64,000 nucleotides of DNA, taken from an uncultured bacterium. GTDB taxonomy: Bacteria > Fidelibacterota > Marinisomatia > SCGC-AAA003-L08 > JACNLC01. Of this stretch, positions 57,756 to 64,000 are shown in pieces. The stretch covers positions 646 through 64,645 of the forward strand of contig CAYPCW010000007.1 in NCBI GenBank assembly GCA_964409335.1, written 5' to 3'. The translations under genes were made by a program, and so were the position numbers. The notes below the pieces were generated by a model that ran no database searches, was not told the DNA's origin, and was given only the letters and a program-made list of their open reading frames with translations. The first letter of the stretch is position 1, and each line of letters begins with the position of its first letter.

Positions 57756-58841
57756 ATGGCATATCGTGATATTGGATTAGGGTGGTCAATTTTGATTGTA
57801 TCCGGACTATTTCTATGTTGCGGCCAGGATCAATCTCAACATAAAATTATTATGAGTCCCCATCATTTGCCATCCGGATTTACCAATGTGGAAATTGAGA
57901 ATCCGCACCATGGGTTTAAAGATTTCCTGAAGTGGCAAATGAACAAACCCGAAACCCGTCCAAAATTTGATGCGGTAAACGGCACGCTCCCCGTTGCCGT
58001 TCCCAATCTGGGAAAATACGGTTCGGGGGACAGTTTGATCACCGCAACATGGCTGGGGCATGCCACCGTCCTGCTGGAAATAGACGGCAAGGTCCTATTG
58101 ACAGATCCTATTTTCAGTGAACGGTGCTCTCCTGTTCAGTGGGCAGGCCCCAAACGGTATACAAAATTCCCAGTTCTTCCGGACAGCCTGACTTCCATCG
58201 ATATTGTACTCATATCCCATAATCACTATGATCATCTGGATAGGTCCACCGTTCTAAAGTTGGGTAATACACCGCTGTGGTTGGTCCCCCTGGGGCTAAA
58301 GGCGTGGTTCACTGCTTTGGGAATCACCCACGTCATTGAGCTTGACTGGTGGGATGAATATGAGTATGATGGAATGATGATTGCCTGCACGCCTACCCAG
58401 CATTTTTCAGGGCGGGGATTTTCAGATCGGTTTAAGGCATTGTGGTGCAGTTGGGCAGTGATTGGCGCACGATCCCGGTTTTGGTTTGCCGGAGATACCG
58501 GATATTTTTCACAATTTAAAGCCATCGGTGAAAAATACGGACCTTTCGATTTGTCAGCAATCCCTATCGGGGCGTATGAACCCCGGTGGTTTATGAATCC
58601 CATGCACGTGACACCTGAGCAAGCCGTAATGATCCATCAGGATATCCAAAGCCGGCACTCCATCGGTATTCATTGGGGGACATTTATTTTGACGGATGAA
58701 CCCGTCTTTGAACCTTTGAATCTGCTTCAGGAAGCCAGGACTAAATTTCATCTGCAACCGGGAGAATTCATTACCCTGAATCACGGTGAAACCCGGCAGT
58801 TTCAGGCGGTCACCCATTCTGTATTTTCCAAAGATGAATAA
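57756..58841 (+). CDS. MBL-fold metallo-hydrolase (NAPE-PLD-like), probable lipoprotein
   Basis: Lipobox-like LFLCCG and the metallo-beta-lactamase motif LISHNHYDHLD. WLGHATVLLE. Confidence 0.85.
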   Translation: MAYRDIGLGWSILIVSGLFLCCGQDQSQHKIIMSPHHLPSGFTNVEIENPHHGFKDFLKWQMNKPETRPKFDAVNGTLPVAVPNLGKYGSGDSLITATWLGHATVLLEIDGKVLLTDPIFSERCSPVQWAGPKRYTKFPVLPDSLTSIDIVLISHNHYDHLDRSTVLKLGNTPLWLVPLGLKAWFTALGITHVIELDWWDEYEYDGMMIACTPTQHFSGRGFSDRFKALWCSWAVIGARSRFWFAGDTGYFSQFKAIGEKYGPFDLSAIPIGAYEPRWFMNPMHVTPEQAVMIHQDIQSRHSIGIHWGTFILTDEPVFEPLNLLQEARTKFHLQPGEFITLNHGETRQFQAVTHSVFSKDE

Positions 58842-59448
58842 ACTCCCATTATCGTTCTATCTGCGTCAGGATGTGGCTGCCATCAGCCGTGATCTTCTGG
58901 GTAAGCTGTTGATGACCCGAATTGACGGTCTATTGACCGGCGGCATTATCACAGAAACCGAGGCGTATGCAGGACCTGAAGACAGGGCATCGCATGCCTA
59001 TGGGAATCGCCGGACACAACGGACCGATATCATGTTCAGAAATGGCGGGATTGCCTATATTTATTTGTGTTATGGCGTTCATCATTTATTTAACGTGGTC
59101 ACAAATGTGGAAGATCGTCCCCATGCCGTTTTGATCCGTGCCATTCATCCGGTGATTGGAATTCCTGCAATATTGAACAGACGGGGATTCTCACAGCTAA
59201 AAAAGGGGATATGTGGCGGACCGGGGATGTTAACACAGGGATTAGGTATTCTCACGAAGTATAGTGGTGAGTCGTTACGGGAAAATACCATTTGGATTGA
59301 AGATTCGGGAATGAAAATATCCGGGCATCAGATCACCGTCGGCAAACGGGTCGGTGTGGAATATTCCGGTGCCGATGCGCATCGATTATGGCGATTTCGG
59401 GTATTGAAAATGGAGACAATCCGGGAGGCGCAGCCCGGCCCCCGATAG
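58834..59448 (+). CDS. mpg: DNA-3-methyladenine glycosylase (Mpg/AAG family)
   Basis: FYLRQDVAAISRDLLGKLL, ITETEAYAGPEDRASHA and YIYLCYGVHHLFNVV. ATG 58834 overlaps the upstream stop (ATGAATAA). Confidence 0.9.
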   Translation: MNKLPLSFYLRQDVAAISRDLLGKLLMTRIDGLLTGGIITETEAYAGPEDRASHAYGNRRTQRTDIMFRNGGIAYIYLCYGVHHLFNVVTNVEDRPHAVLIRAIHPVIGIPAILNRRGFSQLKKGICGGPGMLTQGLGILTKYSGESLRENTIWIEDSGMKISGHQITVGKRVGVEYSGADAHRLWRFRVLKMETIREAQPGPR

Positions 59449-59461
59449 TTTGGGATAAACA

Positions 59462-59490
59462 AACAGGGACCCGCAAAGCAGATCCCTGTT
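59462..59490. terminator. hairpin terminator between convergent mpg and gdhA
   Basis: AACAGGGA-cccgcaaagcaga-TCCCTGTT followed by a T-rich tract. Confidence 0.7.
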
Positions 59491-59512
59491 TATCATTTTT
59501 TATGTGAATTGA

Positions 59513-61801
<2,289 letters not shown>

Positions 61802-61862
61802 TTACGGCGGGATGTTTCTTCGGATTATGGCTAATTTTCGCCCCTGATTCAATACCTATTTC

Positions 61863-63209
61863 ATGCCTCATCTACAAAAACAAAGTCGATTATCCGAGTT
61901 TATCACCAATCCCAAAGGCGCACTTTGGAAATTGTCATTCCCCATGATGTTCGGGATGATGGTCCAGGCTATTTATATGCTGGTGGATACCGCATTCATC
62001 GGAAGATGGGTCGGCGGATCCGCACTTGCCGGACTTGGATATGTATTCCCCATCATGTTTATCATTCTTGGTCTGACATTTGGGCTGGGTTCGGGTGTGA
62101 CCACCGTCATCGCTCAATTTATCGGGCAGAATGAAAAGAAAAAAGCCGATAATGCTGCAGAACATTCTCTGCTTCTCGGGATCATTATCAGTGTGTTCAT
62201 CCTCCTTATCGGGTATTCACAGGGCGATCATTTTATCACTGTTCAGGGTGCAAGTGAAGAAGTTCTCGGCGATGCGCTGAAATATTTCCATATTATGGTT
62301 ACAGGATCATGTTTTATGATCATCAGTATTTTTTTCCGGTCAATCCTGTCGGGTGAAGGTGAAGCCATATTCCCCATGAAGGTGATGGCGATCGGAACCA
62401 TTTCGAATATTATTCTGGATCCGCCATTTATCCATTTTTGGGGATTGTCCGGTGCGGCAATTGCCACGGTACTCAGCCAGGCGACCGTGACGTTTATTTT
62501 CATTTATATGATGTTTTTCAGGCATCATACCTATATCCGGTTCGCATTTAATGATTTTTCATTTAACCCGGCGGTCATCAAACTCATTTTTAAGCTGGGG
62601 ATCCCTGCATCTTTATCCATGGTGATCATGTCGCTGGGAGTTTCTGTATTTAACCGGATACTGGGTACATCCGATGCCGTCGCTGCCTACCAGACCGCCG
62701 GACGGATCGAGCATTTGTTCTTTTTGCCACTGATCTCCATTGCCACTGCGCTGGTAACCCTCGTGGGGATGTTCTACGGCAATAAAAGAACAGACCTTGT
62801 TAAAAAAATTATTTTATACGGGATCTCGCGATCAATGATCATCACTATATCGGTGTCCGTTCTGTTTTTCTTTTTCGCTGAAAATTTCATTCCCCTCTTC
62901 ACCAAATCAGATGAAATTGTGGATCTGGCCGTTTCTTACTTTAAGGTGATGGTATTTGCTTACCCCTTTGTGACCATCGGGCTCAATAGCGGCAGGATCA
63001 TGCAGGGTATGGGCGTTGCTTATCCCATGTTGGTGGTCACCTCCCTTCGGGTGGTCGTGATCAGCGCGCCCCTGGCCTGGTATTTCACCCGCGTGTTAGG
63101 GAAGCCCCTCTATTTTGTCTGGCTGGCCGTTCTGATTTCATCTATGATTGCCTCGACGATCAGTTTCACCTGGATGCTCACCATTCTCAAACGAATCCGG
63201 ACGATGTAA
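61863..63209 (+). CDS. MATE family efflux transporter
   Basis: 448 aa with 12 TM helices. The N-terminus LWKLSFPMMFGMMVQAIYMLVDTAFIG is typical of MATE/NorM. Confidence 0.92.
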   Translation: MPHLQKQSRLSEFITNPKGALWKLSFPMMFGMMVQAIYMLVDTAFIGRWVGGSALAGLGYVFPIMFIILGLTFGLGSGVTTVIAQFIGQNEKKKADNAAEHSLLLGIIISVFILLIGYSQGDHFITVQGASEEVLGDALKYFHIMVTGSCFMIISIFFRSILSGEGEAIFPMKVMAIGTISNIILDPPFIHFWGLSGAAIATVLSQATVTFIFIYMMFFRHHTYIRFAFNDFSFNPAVIKLIFKLGIPASLSMVIMSLGVSVFNRILGTSDAVAAYQTAGRIEHLFFLPLISIATALVTLVGMFYGNKRTDLVKKIILYGISRSMIITISVSVLFFFFAENFIPLFTKSDEIVDLAVSYFKVMVFAYPFVTIGLNSGRIMQGMGVAYPMLVVTSLRVVVISAPLAWYFTRVLGKPLYFVWLAVLISSMIASTISFTWMLTILKRIRTM

Positions 63210-63404
63210 CGGGATTGCCCCGGGACCTGAACCAGCAAAATTAAAAAACATTTAATGGTGCAGACCGAAGAATATGGATCGCATTAAGTCTGTAGTTACT
63301 TAAGTTCAAGTAAGATTATACCTGAGAACCGGGCTATAAACCCTGGACAATAACCTCTGCAAACAATCCCATGAGGATTTGCACTTGCAGCAACAGGGTG
63401 ATTG

Positions 63405-63418
63405 GGCACGGCAGTTGC
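63405..63418 (+). promoter_or_regulatory. sigma-54-type -24/-12 promoter candidate
   Basis: GGCACG-gcag-TTGC matches TGGCACG-N4-TTGCW with correct GG-to-GC spacing. It lies about 165 bp upstream of the ORF starting at 63582. Confidence 0.3.
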
Positions 63419-63581
63419 GCCTGGCTGCTATAAAATTCGTTTTGTTAAATTAGCGCAACCATATTAACTTTAAAAATTGGAAGGCAACGAGAGCCCGGCA
63501 GTTGCCGGACAAGTCTGATATCGGTTATATTTGCCGGAGGGCATCCGAATTACTCGTAAATCATAAAAGGAGGAGTATATC

Positions 63582-64000
63582 ATGAGGTTAAAGAAATTCA
63601 TTCCGACAGCCATACTGCTTACTGTTTCTCTGTTTTCCCAGACGCATTTCACGCCGGTCTGGTCGGGTTTTCCGCTCCAGGCTTTTGCCGTGTACGTGGA
63701 CGCGGCGGTCATTAACGGCTACGGTCTTTACGCCGGCTGTATGGATCCGCTGGCCCTGAATTATGATCCCGATGCTACCATCGACGACGGCAGCTGTGAA
63801 TTTCCCGGCATGGGCGACGCCAACGGCGACGGGATACGGAATGTGGTGGATATCGTCATCGCTGTGGATATCGCCCTGAACCCGGAGAATTATGCGTTCC
63901 TGTTCTGGATGGACCTGAATGATGATACGTTCATCAACATCCTGGATATCGTCATGCTGGTGGACTGGATCCTGTACCCGGAACTGGTGGGCTGCACCAA
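63582..64000 (+). CDS. secreted dockerin-like domain protein; 3' end cut by the window edge
   Basis: Not in the ORF track because it is open at the right edge. ATG at 63582 after AAAGGAGGA. Signal peptide MRLKKFIPTAILLTVSLFSQ. Cys-bounded motif CMDPLALNYDPDATIDDGSCEF. Dockerin-like repeats GDANGDGIRNVVDIVIAVDIAL and MDLNDDTFINILDIVMLVDWIL. Confidence 0.75.
   Translation, partial: MRLKKFIPTAILLTVSLFSQTHFTPVWSGFPLQAFAVYVDAAVINGYGLYAGCMDPLALNYDPDATIDDGSCEFPGMGDANGDGIRNVVDIVIAVDIALNPENYAFLFWMDLNDDTFINILDIVMLVDWILYPELVGCT

Overview
Bacterial chromosomal window, moderately AT-rich by eye and densely coding: about 58 protein genes. I found no rRNA or tRNA genes, no CRISPR array, and no transposase or integrase.

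Most of the window is housekeeping: corA, dinB, the NAD de novo operon nadC-nadA-nadB, a TonB-dependent receptor, the rpmE / DUF1385-prfA-prmC block, rho, a folC-murI-amidase cell-wall block, secDF, purA, ogt, gdhA, and ZIP and MATE transporters.

The largest unit is a minus-strand molybdenum-cofactor operon: moaA, a moaC/moaB fusion, a TauE-like permease, moeA, moaD and moaE. I read the region upstream of it as a Moco riboswitch whose terminator hairpin also buries the moaA SD. A radical-SAM protein, an M20 amidohydrolase and an MtaD-like deaminase follow moaE with only 15-39 bp gaps.

Accessory-looking content:
- A secreted His/Met/Gly-rich triple-repeat protein with a T9SS-type C-terminal sorting domain. 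It carries a perfect 264-bp tandem duplication. Next to it is a cohesin-like/dockerin-like protein that abuts a TPR + Fis-type-HTH regulator.
- An orphan Cas6-like RAMP protein between rho and aspC.
- A YdeI/DUF1801 gene interrupted by an in-frame TAG.
- A GC3-rich dockerin-like gene at the right edge, with a sigma54-like promoter upstream.
- Several Fur-family-like and other perfect palindromes.

The T9SS-type CTD, the CarboxypepD_reg-type TonB receptor and the dockerin-like modules suggest an FCB-superphylum-like, probably uncultured lineage. That is inference only. All functional calls come from reading the translated ORFs and DNA by eye. No database search or folding computation was run.
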